Positions 48,801 through 62,010 of a DNA stretch of 64,000 bases are shown piece after piece (the first letter of the stretch is position 1; each line of letters begins with the position of its first letter). Under the pieces are notes generated by a model, which saw only the letters and a list, made by a program, of their open reading frames with translations, was not told the DNA's origin and made no database searches. The DNA is from Sphyrna mokarran (taxonomy: Eukaryota), in the NCBI GenBank assembly GCA_024679065.1, contig JAGIQG010000016.1:1612001-1676000 (forward strand), read 5' to 3'. A program made the translations under genes and the position numbers.

Positions 48801-49149
48801 CACACTGCCCTCCAACTGACTCCCCAAGTCATCTGAACCTTAGTACATACATTCATACATTCATCATTATCGGGACAATCATCACAACCTCTCTGTCCAT
48901 TTCTCTCTCTCTCTCTCTATTTGTGTGNNNNNNNNNNNNNNNNNNNNNNNNNNNNNNNNNNNNNNNNNNNNNNNNNNNNNNNNNNNNNNNNNNNNNNNNN
49001 NNNNNNNNNNNNNNNNNNNNNNNNNNNNNNNNNNNNNNNNNNNNNNNNNNNNNNNNNNNNNNNNNNNNNNNNNNNNNNNNNNNNNNNNNTCTCTCTGTCA
49101 CTCTTTCGTTCTCTCTCTCTCCCACTCTCTGACTCTCTCTTTGGCTCGC

Positions 49150-50182
49150 TGGGGTATCTCGGTTTGGGGGGTGTCTGGGTTTAGGGGGTGTCTGGGTTTG
49201 GGGGGGTGTCTGGGTTTGGGGGGTTGGGTTTGGGGGGGGGTGTGGGGGGTGTCTGGGTTTAGGGGGTGTCTGGGTTTGGGGGGTGTGGGGGTTTGGGGGT
49301 TTGGGGGTGTGGGGTTTAGGGGTGTCTGGTTTGGGGGGGTCTGGGTTTAGGGGGTATCTCGGTTTGGGGGTGTCTGGTTTGGGGTGTCTGGGGTTTGGTG
49401 GGTTTATGTCGGTTTGGGGGTGTCTGGGTTTGGGGGGTGTCGGGGTTTGAGGGATGTCTGGGTTTGGGGGTTGTCTGGGTTTGGGGGGTGGGTTTAGGGT
49501 GTCTGGGTTTGGGGTTGGGGTTGGGGGTCTGGGTTTGGGGGTGTTGGGTTTGGGGGGTGTTTGGGGTCTGTCTGGGTTGAGGGGTGTCTGGGGTTTGGGG
49601 GTGTTGGGTTGGGGGGTGTCTGTGGGTTTGGGGTGTCTGGGTTTGGGGGTGTCTGGGTTTGGGGGGTGTCTGGGTTGGGGGTGTCTGGGTTGGGGGTGTC
49701 TGGGTTTGGGGGGTCTGGGTTTTGGGGGTGTCTGGGTTCGGGGGGTGTTCTGGGTTTATGTCTGGGTGGGGGTGTTGAGGGTTTGGGTGTCTGGGTTTGG
49801 GTGGGGTGTCTGGGGGGGTGTCTGGGTTTGGGGGTGTCTGGGTTTTGTCTGGGTTTGGGGGGTGTGGGTTTGGGGGTGTCTGGGTCTGTTCGGGGGTGTC
49901 TGGTTCGGGGGGTTGGGTTTCGGGGGGTGTTCTGGGGGGGGTGTCCTGGGTTTGGGGGTTCGGGGGGGGTGTGGGGGGGGGTTTTGGGGGGGTCTGGGTT
50001 CGGGGGGGTCTGGGTTCGGGGGGTTTGTCTGGGGGTGTCTGGGTTTGGGTGTCTGGGTGGGGTGTCGTTCCTGGGTTCTGGGGGGGGGGGTGTCTGGTTT
50101 GAGGGGTGTCTGGGTTTGAGGGGGTCTGGGTTGAGTCTGAGTTTAGGGGGTGTCTGGGTTTGGGGGAGTCTGGGTTTGGGGG
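49150..50182 (+). repeat. G/T-rich minisatellite (GGGGGTGTCTGGGTTT)
   Basis: Degenerate periodicity of about 16 bp. Confidence 0.88.
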
Positions 50183-52490
50183 AGCAAACTATCCTAGATC
50201 TGGTCCTGTCTAATGAGAAAGGACTAATTAATCTTACAGTTAGGGATCCTCTTGGAAGATGCTATCACAATTTCAAATACAGATGGAGCGTGAGAAGATA
50301 AAATCCAATCCCAGTGCCTTGTGTTTAGACAAAGGAGACTGCAATGGGATGAGGGAGAAGTTGGCTAAGGTAGACTGAGAGCCGAAACTTTATGGTGGGA
50401 CAACTGAGGAACAGTGGAGGACTTTCAAAGTGATTTTTCATCATGCTCAGCAAAAGGATATACTAGTGATAAGGAAGGACTGTAAAAAGAGAGATAATCA
50501 GCCGTGGGTGTGTAAGGAAATAAAAGAGAATATCAAATTGAAAGAAAATGCATACAAAGTGAGAAAGATTAGTGGGAATCTAAAGGATTGGGAAATCTTT
50601 AAAGATCAGCAGAAAGACAGGAAAAAAGCTATAAGGAAAACTAAGATGATAATGAGAGTAAACTAGCTCAGAATATAAAAACAGCAAAAGTTTTTACAAA
50701 TATTTAAAACGAAAAAGAGTGGCTGAAGTAAATACTGATCCCTTAGAGGACGAGAAGGGGGATGTAACAACTGGAAATGAGGAAATGGCTGGGGCATTGA
50801 ACAGGGATTGTGTGTCAATCTTCACAGTGGAAGACACAAATAACCTGCCAAAAATTGATGATAGGAAGGTTATGGCAGGTGAGAACCTAGAAATTATCAT
50901 CATCACAAAAGAAGTAGAGTTGGACAAGTTAGTGGAGCTAAAGGTAGACAAGTCTCCTGGTCCTGATGGAATGCATCTTAAGGTATTAAAAGAGACGGTG
51001 GGGGAAATAGCAAATGCGCTGGTGGTAATTTACCAAAATTCGCTGGACTCTGGGGTGGTTCCTGCAGATTGGAAAACAGCAAATGTGACGCCACTGTTTA
51101 AAAAAGGAGGTAGACAAAATGCAGGTAATTATAGACTGGGTTCGCTTAACTTCTGTATTGGGGAAAATGCTTGAATCTATCAAGGAAGAAAAAGTGAGAC
51201 ATCTGGATATAAGTTGTCCCATTGGGAAGACACAGCATGGGTTCACAGGGCAGGTCATGTTTGACTAATTTGGTGGAATTCTTTGAGAACATTTCATGTT
51301 CAGTGGACAATGGGGAACCTGTGGATGTGGTGTATCTGGATTTCCAGAAGGGATTTGACAAGGTGCTGCACCAAAGGCTGCTACGTAAGATGAGTGTGCA
51401 CAGTGTTACAGGTAATGTTTTAGCTTGGATAAAGGATTGGTTAACTAACAGAAAGCAAAGAGTGGGGGTAAATGGGTGTTTTTCTGGTTGGTGATCACTG
51501 ACTAGTGGTGTGCCTCAGGGATCAATCGTTTACGATTTACACAGATGATTTGGATTTGGGGACCAAGTGCAGTGTGTCAAAATTCACAGATGACACTAAG
51601 ATAAGTGGCAGAGCAAAGTGTGCGGAGGACGCTGAAACTCTGCAAAGGGATATAGATAGTCTGAGTGGACGAGTGTCTGGCAGATGGAGTACAATGTTGG
51701 TAAATGTGACATTGTCCATTTTGGTTCGAATAACAGCAAAATGGACCATTATTTAAACGGTAAAATATTACAGCATGCTGCTGTGCAGAGGGACCTGGGT
51801 GTCCTTGTCCAGGAATCACAAGGAGTTGGTTTGCAGCGGGTAATTAAGGCGGCAAATGGAATTCTGTCCTTCATTGCCAGAGGGATGAAGTTTAAAAACA
51901 GTGAGGTTATGTTGCAGATGTATAAGGTGCCGGTGAGGCCACAGCTGGAGTTACTGGGTACAGTTTTGGTCTCCTTATTTGAGAAGGGATTTACTGGCAC
52001 TGGAGGGGGTGCAGAGGAGATTCACTCGGTTGATTCCGGAGTTGAGAGGGTTGGATTATGAGGAGAGACTGAGTAGACTGGGGCTATACTCATTGGAATT
52101 CAGAAGAACGAGGGGAGATCTTATAGAAACATATAAGATTATGAAGGGAATCGATAAGATAGAAACAGGGAAGTTGTTTCTACTGGGGGGTGAAACTAGA
52201 ACTGGGGGCATGGTCTCAAAATAAGGGGGAGCAGATTTAGGACTGAGTTGAGGAGGAACTTCTTCACACAAAGGGTTGGGAATCCGTGGAATTCCCTGTC
52301 CAGTTGAGGTTCCCTCATTGAATGTTTTTAAGGCAAAAATAGATAGATTTTTGAACAGTAAAGGGATTAAGGATTATGGTGAGTGGGCGGGGAAGTGGAG
52401 CTGAGTCCATGAAAAGATCAGCCATGATTTTATTGAATGGGGAAGCAGGCTCGAGGGATTCCTGCTTCCTAGTCTCTATGTTCTTATGTT
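50183..52490 (+). mobile_element. degenerate CR1 ORF2 and 3' tail
   Basis: ILDLVLSN, KSPGPDG, ANVTPLFKKG, LDFQKGFD and KFTDD, with many stops and frameshifts. Confidence 0.92.
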
Positions 52491-54130
52491 TGGGTATTGG
52501 GGTGTTTGATGTTTCTTGTTAGGGGATGTCTGGGATTAGGGGGCAGAGGTGTATGGGTTTTGGGGGTGTTTGGGTTGAGGAGGTGTCTCGGGTTAGGGGG
52601 TATCTTGTATTAAGGGCTGTCTGCATTTTGGGGGGTGCTGGGTTTAGGAGGTATCTGCGCTTTGGGGTCTATCTCTCGTTAGGAGGTGTCTAGGATTTGG
52701 TGTGTCAGGGTTTGGGGGTGCCTGGGTCTGGATGTGTGTAGGTTTTAGGGGTGTTGGGGATTTGGGGGTTTCAGAGATTTGGGAATGTTGGAGATTTGGG
52801 AGTGTCTGGGATTAGAGGGTGTGTATTAGGGGGTGTCTGAGATTAGGGAGTGTGTGGATTGGGGGTATCTGGGATTAGGGAGTGTGTGGATTAGGGGGTA
52901 TCTGGATTGGGGGGGGTGTGGAGTAGGGGGTATCTGGGATCGGGAGTGTGTGGATTAGGGGGTATCTGGGATTAGGGAGTGTGTGGATTAGGGGGTATCT
53001 GGGATTAGGGGAGTGTTGGATTAGGGGGTATCTGGGATTAGGGGGTGTGTGGATTAGGGGGTATCTGGGATTAGGGGGTGTGTGGATTAGGGGGTTGTCT
53101 GGGATTAGGATGTGTGGATTAGGGGGTGTCTGGGATTAGGGGGTGTGTGGATTAGGGGGTATCTGGGATTAGGAGTGTGTGGATTAGGGGGTATCTGGAT
53201 TAGGGAGTGTGTAGATTAGGGGGTGTCTGGGATTAGGGTGTGTGGATTAGGGGTACCTGGGATAGGGAGTGTGTGGATTAGGGGTGTCTGGGGATTAGGG
53301 TGTGTGTGGATTAATTGGGGTACCTGGGATTAGGGAGGTGCCGGGATTAGGGGGTATCTGGGATTAGGGGATATGGTTAGGGGGTCTCTGGGATTGGGGG
53401 GTGTGGTGTGTAGGTGAGGTGTGTGGGATTAGGAGGTCTCTGGGATTAGGGGTGTGTGTGAATTAGGGGGTATCTGGGATTAGGGAATGTGTGGATTAGG
53501 GGGTATCTGGGATTAGGGAATGTGTGGATTAGGGGGTATCTGGGATTAGGGAGTGTGTGGATTAGGGGGTGTCAGGGATTAGGGAATGTGTGGATTAGGG
53601 GGTGTCAGGGATTAGGGGGGGGTGTGGATTCGTGGGTATCTGGGATATGGGAATCTGTGGATTAGTGGGTGTCAGGGATTAGGGGATATCTGGGTTTTGG
53701 GCGTGTCTGGGTTTAGGGGGTATGTAGATTAGGGGGTGTCTGGGATTGGGGAGTGTGAGGGATTTGGGAGTGTCTGGGTTTTGGGGATGTCTGGGATTAG
53801 GGAGGGCAGGGTGTCTGGTTTTGGGGGTGTCTGAGTTTTGGGGTGTCTGTTTGGGGGTGTCTGGAATTAGGGTGGGTGTCTGAGTTTATTGGCTGTCTGG
53901 GATTTGTTGGGTGTCTGGGATTAGGGAGGTGAGTGGGTTTTGGGGTGTCTGGGTTTTGGGGTGTCCGGGTTTTGGGGTGTCTGGGTTTTGGGGTGTCTGG
54001 GTTTTGGGGTGTCCGGGTTTTGGGGTGTCCGGGTTTGTTGGCTGTCTGGGATTTGTTGGCTGTCTGGGGTTTGTTGGCTGTCTGGGGTTTGTTGGCTGTC
54101 TGGGGTTCGTTGGCTGTCTGGTTTTGGGGG
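52490..54130 (+). repeat. G-rich minisatellite with GGATTAGGG core
   Basis: Tandem GGATTAGGGGGTATCTG/GGATTAGGGAGTGTGT units. Confidence 0.88.
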
Positions 54131-54522
54131 ATTCTGTTCTCAGACACCGTCCCGCTGTGTATGTGTTGGTATTGAGTGAGGCAGGAACAAGAGCAGGAAG
54201 CAATGACTTCCTGCTCCCTCAATGCTCAGGCTTGCGAGAGGAAATTTATCAGGAGTCGGTTAGAGAGTGACAGGAACTTCCCTCTCTGAAAGTTCCCACA
54301 GCACCGGGGTGGGGTGGGGGGTGGGGTGGGGGAACAGAGCCGATGCAGCAGCCTCGGGCGTGCTGTCCATTGATCCCCCGAATCCCCTCGGATCTCCTCT
54401 CCCGCTGCTTCTGGGAACATTGGGATGAGTGAGGATGGGATATTGCTCACTCCGGTGTAACCAGAGCACATTCACCAAGCCCATGACTGTCACCAGGAGA
54501 TCCTGCACGTTCACACACACAG
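54130..54522 (+). promoter_or_regulatory. candidate promoter and non-coding first exon of gene B
   Basis: Unique island between two repeat arrays, with several GGAA ETS cores, ending in a CAG|GTAGGT donor at 54522/54523. The signal exon has an acceptor upstream of its ATG, so it needs an upstream exon. Confidence 0.45.
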
Positions 54523-54544
54523 GTAGGTGGAATAAATATCCCCC

Positions 54545-55380
54545 TCCCTGAGCACCTCACCCTCCTCCCTGAGCCCCTCACCCCCCTCCCTGAGCCCCTC
54601 ACTCCCTCCCGAGCCCCTCACTCCCTCCCTGAGCCCTCACCTCCCTCCCTGAGCCCTCACCCTCCCTGACCCTCACCCTCCTGAGCCCCTCCTCCCTCCC
54701 TGAGCCCCTCAACTCCCTCCCTGAGCCCCTCACCCTCCCTGAGCCCCTCACCTCCCTCCCTGAACCCTCACCCTTCCTGAGCCCCCACCCTCCCTCCCTG
54801 AGCCCCTCACCTCCCTGAGCCCCTCACTCCCTCCCTGAGCTCCTCACCCTCCCTGAGCCCCTCACCTCCCCCCTGAGCCCCTCACCCTCCCTGAGCCCCT
54901 CACTCCCTCCCTGAACCCCTCACCCTCCTGAGCCCTCACCTCCCTCCTGAGCCCCTCACCTCCCTCCCTGAGCCCCTCACCCTCCCTGAGCCCCTCACCT
55001 CCCTCCCTGAGCCCTCACCTCCCTCCCTGAGCCCTCACCCTCCCTGAGCCCCTCACCCTCCCTGAGCCCCTCACCTCCCTCCCTGAGCCCCTCACCCTCC
55101 CTGAGCCCCTCACCTCCCTGAGCCCCTCACCTCCCTCCCTGAGCCCCTCACCTCCCTCCCTGAACCCCTCACCCTCCCTGAGCCCCTCACCCTCCTGAGC
55201 CCCTCACCCTCCCTGAGCCCCTCACCCTCCCTAGCCCCACACCCTCCCTGAGCCCCTCACCTCCCTCCCTGAGCCCCTCACCCTCCCTGAGCCTTCACCT
55301 CCCTCCCTGAGCCCCTCACCCTCCCTGAGCCCCTCACCTCCCTCCCTGAGCCCTCACCTCCCTCCCTGAGCCCCTCACCC
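54545..55380 (+). repeat. C-rich 17-21-bp minisatellite (CCCTGAGCCCCTCACCT)
   Basis: Visible tandem units. Confidence 0.92.
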
Positions 55381-55774
55381 AATCCCCTTGCACCGTATGC
55401 GTCCCTCCCATTCATCCTCACCCACTCTCCATCCGCTTCTCTGTTCCCCCCTCCCCAAACCCTGCTTCTGCCATCTCTCCCCAACTCCACTTTGTCCCCC
55501 CTTCCCAGCTCCCCTCCCTGTCATCTGTCCCCAATTCCCTTTTCTTCCCCCCTCCCCAGCTTCCCTCCTGACCCACTCCCCAACCCCATCTCTATCCCAC
55601 TTCTCAAACCGCTTCCCTCTGTCGCCCCTCCCCAACCTTCCTTTTTCCCCCCTCCCCAATCTCCCCTCCCTCACTCTCCCTTAGCTCCCTCCCCCACTCT
55701 CCCTCCCCTCAATCCATGTCATCATTTCCTCCCCTCTCCCCACTTCCCCAGCCCTAACTCCCACTCCCACCTCC

Positions 55775-55950
55775 CTCTTGGGGATAATTTAGCATGGCCA
55801 ATCCACCGAACCAGCATTTCTTTAGGGTGTGGAAGGAAACCCACACAGACACAGGGAGAATGTGCAAACTCCACACAGTCAGCGAGCCGGGATTCGGAGC
55901 CGGGTCCCTGGCGCTGTGAGGCAGCCGTGCTGACCATTGTGCCACCGGGC
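55775..55950 (-). mobile_element. V-SINE with a single head
   Basis: Antisense A/B-box head and V-domain. Confidence 0.75.
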
Positions 55951-56160
55951 AGGAGGTGAAATAGAGACTTTGACAGGCTAGTTTCACAAAGCGATGGTGA
56001 AATTCTCCCTATGACAGGGAAAGGTTGTGTAATAGGCTCATGATGAATGTTGAGACCTGTGTTCAGTCCAAGACTCAAACCGGTCTCATTTCAAGATTCT
56101 CCACTTCCCATTTCTCTCAATTTCATTATTATTGATGTCGGAACCACTTGCATCGCCCAA

Positions 56161-56437
56161 GGGTCAGTGTTGAGGGAGTGCCGCACTGTCAGAGGGTCAG
56201 TGCTGAGGGAGTGCCGCACTGTCAGAGGGTCAGTGCTGAGGGAGTGCCGCACTGTCAGAGGGTCAGTGCTGAGGGAGTGCCGCACTGTCAGAGGGTCAGT
56301 GCTGAGGGAGTGCCGCACTGTCAGAGGGTCAGTGCTGAGGGAGTGCCGCACTGTCAGAGGGTCAGTGCTGAGGGAGTGCCGCACTGTCAGAGGGTCAGTG
56401 CTGAGGGAGTGCCGCACTGTCAGAGGGTCAGTGCTGA
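56161..56437 (+). repeat. 33-bp minisatellite, array 3
   Basis: About 8 near-perfect copies. Confidence 0.95.
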
Positions 56438-57329
56438 AATTCCCTCTCTAAACCTTTCCACCTCTCTCCATTTCTTTCCCTGTCTCTGTTTTTCTCTCTC
56501 TCTCTGACTTGTGCTCTCTGTTTCTCTTTGTCTGTCTCTCTCTGTGTCTGTGTGTGTCTCTCTCTGTCTTGCTCTGTCTCTCCATCTCTCTGACTCTGTA
56601 TCTTTCTCTCTATCTCCCTCTTGCTCTCTGTCTTTTTGTCTCTCTCTCTCTCTGTCTCTTTGTGTGTGTGTATCTCTCTCCCTTTCTTTCTCTCTCTCTT
56701 TGTCTGTCTCTATCTGTTTTTCTCTATCTGCCTCCCTCTCTCTCTGTCTCCCTCTCTATCTGTCNNNNNNNNNNNNNNNNNNNNNNNNNNNNNNNNNNNN
56801 NNNNNNNNNNNNNNNNNNNNNNNNNNNNNNNNNNNNNNNNNNNNNNNNNNNNNNNNNNNNNNNNNNNNNNNNNNNNNNNNNNNNNNNNNNNNNNNNNNNN
56901 NNNNNNNNNNNNNNNNNNNNNNNNNNNNNNNNNNNNNNNNNNNNNNNNNNNNNNNNNNNNNNNNNNNNNNNNNNNNNNNNNNNNNNNNNNNNNNNNNNNN
57001 NNNNNNNNNNNNNNNNNNNNNNNNNNNNNNNNNNNNNNNNNNNNNNNNNNNNNNNNNNNNNNNNNNNNNNNNNNNNNNNNNNNNNNNNNNNNNNNNNNNN
57101 NNNNNNNNNNNNNNNNNNNNNNNNNNNNNNNNNNNNNNNNNNTCTGTGGTTTCGTTCTGCTGCCCTTGCCCTGTCCTGGTGTGGAGATTGGGATCACACT
57201 GCCCTTGTGGTGATGGGGGTTTCTGGTGTGTTACTATGAGTGATGTGTTGAGTGTAGGACAGCGGTAGTCCTGTTTGCTCTCTAACCTCTCTGACTGTCT
57301 TGCAGATTGCTGAGTGAATTCGAGTGAAG

Positions 57330-57378
57330 ATGGCCAGAGTGCTCGAAGCTCTGCTTGTGACATTGGCTCTAATCACAG
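57330..57378 (+). CDS. Siglec-like gene B, signal-peptide exon (exon starts at 57306)
   Basis: ctgtcttgcAG acceptor at 57305, ATG at 57330, MARVLEALLVTLALIT+G, phase-1 donor G|GTATGT. It joins in frame to the exon at 63630. Confidence 0.78.
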
Positions 57379-57689
57379 GTATGTCCAGGGGTCGCACTCA
57401 CTGGAAAACTGTCACACACAGGAGACCATTCAGCCCATCGAGTCTGCTCTGCCATTCACTGAGACTGTGACTGATCTGATCCCATTATCCTCAGCCCCAC
57501 TTTCCTGTCTTATCCCCATAACCCTCGATCCCCTTACTGATTAAACATCCCTCTATCTCAGCCCTGACCATGAACACTCCAGGCTCTGTGAGAAAGAATT
57601 CCACAGATTCACTCCCCCCTGAGAAGGGAAATGAAGCAACTCTTCACTGTGAGATTACACCCCTCTGGTCTCAGCCTCTCCCACAAGAG

Positions 57690-59870
57690 AAAATAAGAAC
57701 ATAAGAAATAGGAGCAGGAGTCGGCCATCCAGCCCCTCGAGCCTGCCCCGTCATTCAATAAGATCATGGCTGATCTGCAGTGATTCACTACCACTTTCCC
57801 ACTTTCTCCCCATAACACTTAATTCCCCTATCAATTAAAAATCTATCCACTCTTGACTTGAACATATTCAGCGAGGAAACCTCCACCACTTCAACAGGCA
57901 AAGAATTCCAAAGATTCACCACCCTATGCGTGAAAAAACTCCTCCGCCACTCTGATCTAAACCGCCCCCCCCCACTAATCTTGAGGCTGTGCCCTCTAGT
58001 CCTGCTATCTTTGTTAAACGGGAAGAGTCTCTCAGCCTCTACCCTATCCATCCCCTTTATTATCTTATACGTCTCTATAAGATCCCCTCTCAGCCTTCTA
58101 AACACCAAAGAGTACAAACCGAGCCTATTCAGTCTCTCCTCATAATCCAACGCCCTCATCTCCGGTATCAGCCTAGTGAACCTTCTCTGCACCCCCTCCA
58201 AGGCCAATATATCCTTTCTCGAATGCAGTGACCAAAACTGCACACAGTACTCCAGCTACGGCCTCACCAGTACCCTATACAGCTGTAACAGAAACCTCCC
58301 TACTTTTATATTCTATCCCCCTAGCTATAAAGGCCAACATTGCATTCGTCTTCTTAATCACCTGCTGCACCTGCAGACTGTGTTTTTGCGATTCGTGCAC
58401 AAGGACCCCCAGGTCCCTCTGCACTGTCGCATGCTGCAGCTTTTCTCCATTTAAATAGTAATCCTTCCTACCGTTATTCCTACCAAAGTGGATAACCTCA
58501 CACTTGCTAACATTATACTCCATCTGCCAGGTCCTCACCCACTCACTCAACCTATCCAGGTCCCTCTGCAGGCTTTCCACACCCTCCACACAATTTGCTT
58601 TTCCACTCATCTTCGTGTCATCAGCAAATTTCGTCACCCTGCACTCAGCCCCTTCCTGCAGATCATCTATTTAAGTGGTAAACAGTTGAGGCCCCAGCAC
58701 CGATCCCTGGGGCACTCCACTAGTCACCAGCTGTCAATCAGAATAGCACCCATTAATACCTACCCTCTGCTTTCTATTAGACAACCAATCCTCCATCCAG
58801 TCTAACACCCTACCCCCAACTCCCTGCACCCTAACCTTCTGCAGCAATCCTTTGTGAGGCACATTATCAAACGCCTTTTGGAAATCCAAAAACACCACAT
58901 CCACTGATTCTCCTCTATCTACCGCACTAGTCACTTCCTCATAAAACTCCAATAAATTCGTCAATCACGACTTCCCCTTAACGAATCCGTGCAGCATCTG
59001 CTTGATCAAACAGTTCGTATCCAGATGCCTCTTTATTTCTGCTTTGATGACAGTTTCAAGCATTTTTCTGACTACAGACCTTAAACTAACCGACCTATAA
59101 TTCCCCGCCTTCTGTCTGCTACCTTTTTAAACAGCGATGTAACATTAGCCATTTTCCAATCTTCCAGCACTTCCCCGGAGTCCAGCGAATTCTGAAAGAT
59201 AATTACTAGGGCATCCGCTATCATCTCTGCCATTTCCTTGAGAACCCTGGGATGCATTCCATCCGGTCCCGGGGACTTATCTACCCTCAGCCCTGTTAAC
59301 CTATCAAGCACCACTTCTCTAGTGACTGTAATCTCATCAAGGACCTCATCTGCTACCACCCTTCTATCCTTAATTTTGGGCAAGCTACTTACATCCTCCT
59401 CCGTAAAGACTGACACAAAAAACTTATTCAAAGTCTCCGCAATACTTTTATCGTCCATCACTAAATCCCCCCTCTCATCCTCCAAGGGTCCTACATTAAC
59501 TCTGGCCATCCTCCTATTCTTTATATATTTATAAAAACTTTTACTGTCCTTTTTGATATTTTGAGCTAGATTAGCCTCATATTCTATCCTTCCTTTTTTA
59601 ATCACCTTCTTAGTCATTCTTTGCTGTTGTTTAAAACTTTCCCAGTCCTCTGATTGCCCACTATTTTTAGCCGCTCTGAATGCCTCAGCTTTTGATTTAA
59701 TACTCTCCTTAACTTCCCTTGAGAAACACGGCTGATTTTCCCTTCTCCTACAGTCCTTCTTTACCATTGGAATATATTTCTGCTTAGTACTGAAAAAGAT
59801 CTCTTTAAAAATCCCCTACTGATCCTCAGGCGTCCGACCAACCAGTACACTCTTCCAATCCACTCTCAAT
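57690..59870 (-). mobile_element. CR1 LINE, about 2.2 kb
   Basis: ORFs 59081-59767, 58734-58964, 58275-58637 and 57788-58243 encode CR1 ORF2 segments. Confidence 0.94.
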
Positions 59871-60044
59871 ATCTCTCAAACCCCTCGAGAATCCTCTATG
59901 TTTCAATAACGTTACCTCTCATTCTTCCAAAACTCCAGTGAGTACAGGCCCAATCTATTCAACCACTCCTCACAAGAAAATCCCTCCATATCTGGAATCA
60001 ACCGAATGAACCTTCTCTGGACTACCCCAAATGTCAGCACATGG

Positions 60045-62010
60045 AATAGAATCATAGAATTCCTACAGTGTAGAAAGAGGCCATTCAGCCCATCGATCCC
60101 ATTCAGGTCCTATTCCCACAACCCCTTGTATTTATCCTACTAGTCTCTCTGACACTAAGGGACAATTTAGCATGGCCAACCTGCACATCTTTGGAATAAT
60201 TGCAAGGAAACTGCAGCACTCGGAGCAAACCCAAGCAGACAGAACGTGCAGACTCCACACACATAGAGACCCAAGGCTGGATCAAACCCGGGTCCCTGGC
60301 CTGTGAGGCAGCAGTGCTAACCCACTGTGTCACCGTGCCCCTGGGAATCGAACCCGGGTCCCTGGTGCTGTGAGACAGCAGTGCTAACCCACTGTGTCAC
60401 CGTGCCCCCTGGGAATCGAACCCGGGTCCCTGGCGCTGTGAGACAGCAGTGCTAACCCACTGTGTCACCGTGCCCCCTGGGAATCGAACCCGGGTCCCTG
60501 GCGCTGTGAGACAGCAGTGCTAACCCACTGTGTCACCGTGCCCCCTGGGAATCGAACCCGGGTCCCTGGCGCTGTGAGACAGCAGTGCTAACCCACTGTG
60601 TCACCGTGCCCCCCGGGAATCGAACCCGGGTCCCTGGCGCTGTGAGACAGCAGTGCTAACCCACTGTGTCACCGTGCCCCCGGGAATCGAACCCGGGTCC
60701 CTGGCGCTGTGAGACAGCAGTGCTAACCCACTGTGTCACTGTGCCCCCCGGGAATCGAACCCGGGTCCCTGGCGCTGTGAGACAGCAGTGCTAACCCACT
60801 GTGTCACCGTGCCCCCGGGAATCGAACCCGGGTCCCTGGCGCTGTGAGACAGCAGTGCTAACCCACTGTGTCACCGTGCCCCCTGGGGAATCGAACCCGG
60901 GTCCCTGGCGCTGTGAGACAGCAGTGCTAACCCACTGTGTCACCGTGTCCCCTGGAATCGAACCCGGGTCCCTGGCGCTGTGAGACAGCAGTGCTAACCC
61001 ACTGTGTCACCTGCCCCCGGAATCGAACCCGGGTCCCTGGCGCTGTGAGACAGCAGTGCTAACCCACTGTGTCACCGTGCCCCCGGGAACGACGGGTCCC
61101 TGGCGCTGTAGACAGCAGTGCTAACCCACTGTGTCACCGTGCCCCCGGGAATCGAACCCGGGTCCCTGGCGCTGTGAGACAGCAGTGCTAACCACTGTGT
61201 CACCGTGCCCCCGGGAATCGAACCCGGGTCCCTGGCGCTGTGAGACAGCAGTGCTAACCCACTGTGTCACCGTGCCCCCGGGAATCGAACCCGGGTCCCT
61301 GGCGCTGTGAGACAGCAGTGCTAACCCACTGTGTCACCGTGCCCCCGGGAATCGAACCCGGGTCCCTGGCGCTGTGAGACAGCAGTGCTAACCCACTGTG
61401 TCACCGTGCCCCTGGGAATCGAACCCGGGTCCCTGGCGCTGTGAGACAGCAGTGCTAACCCACTGTGTCACCGTGCCCCTGGGAATCGAACCGGGTCCCT
61501 GGCGCTGAGAGACAGCAGTGCTAACCCACTGTGTCACCGTGCCCCTGGGAATCGAACCCGGGTCCCTGCGCTGTGAGACAGCAGTGCTAACCCACTGTGT
61601 CACCGTGCCCCCGGAATCGAACTGGGTCCTGGCGCTGTGAGGCAGCAGTGCTAACCCACTGGTCACCGTGGCCCGGGAATCGACCCGGGTCCCTGGCGCT
61701 GAGAGACAGCAGTGCTAACCCACTGTGTCACCGTGTCCCCCGGGAATCGAACCCGGGTCCCTGGCGCTGTGAGACAGCAGTGCTAACCCACTGTGTCACC
61801 GTGCCCCCCGGGAATCGAACCCGGGTCCCTGGCGCTGTGAGACAGCAGTGCTAACCCACTGTGTCACCGTGCCCCCGGGAATCGAACCCGGGTCCCTGGC
61901 GCTGTGAGGCAGCAGTGCTAACCCACTGTGTCACCGTGCCCCCGGGAATCGAACCCGGGTCCCTGGCGCTGTGAGACAGCAGTGCTAACCCACTGTATCA
62001 CCGTGCCACC
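60045..62010 (-). mobile_element. V-SINE with about 26 tandem tRNA-derived heads
   Basis: Body at 60045-60280 is contiguous with 67-bp head repeats up to 62010. Confidence 0.9.

Noticed and set aside
49395-50301. Gly/Val-rich ORFs (also the Pro/His-rich ORFs at 8141-9212 and 17925-19099)
   Set aside because: Low-complexity G- or C-rich repeats with no splice or domain support.
56509-57363. ORFs spanning N runs (also 7427-8412, 26598-26798, 48668-49350)
   Set aside because: Artefacts of translating assembly gaps and flanking microsatellites.
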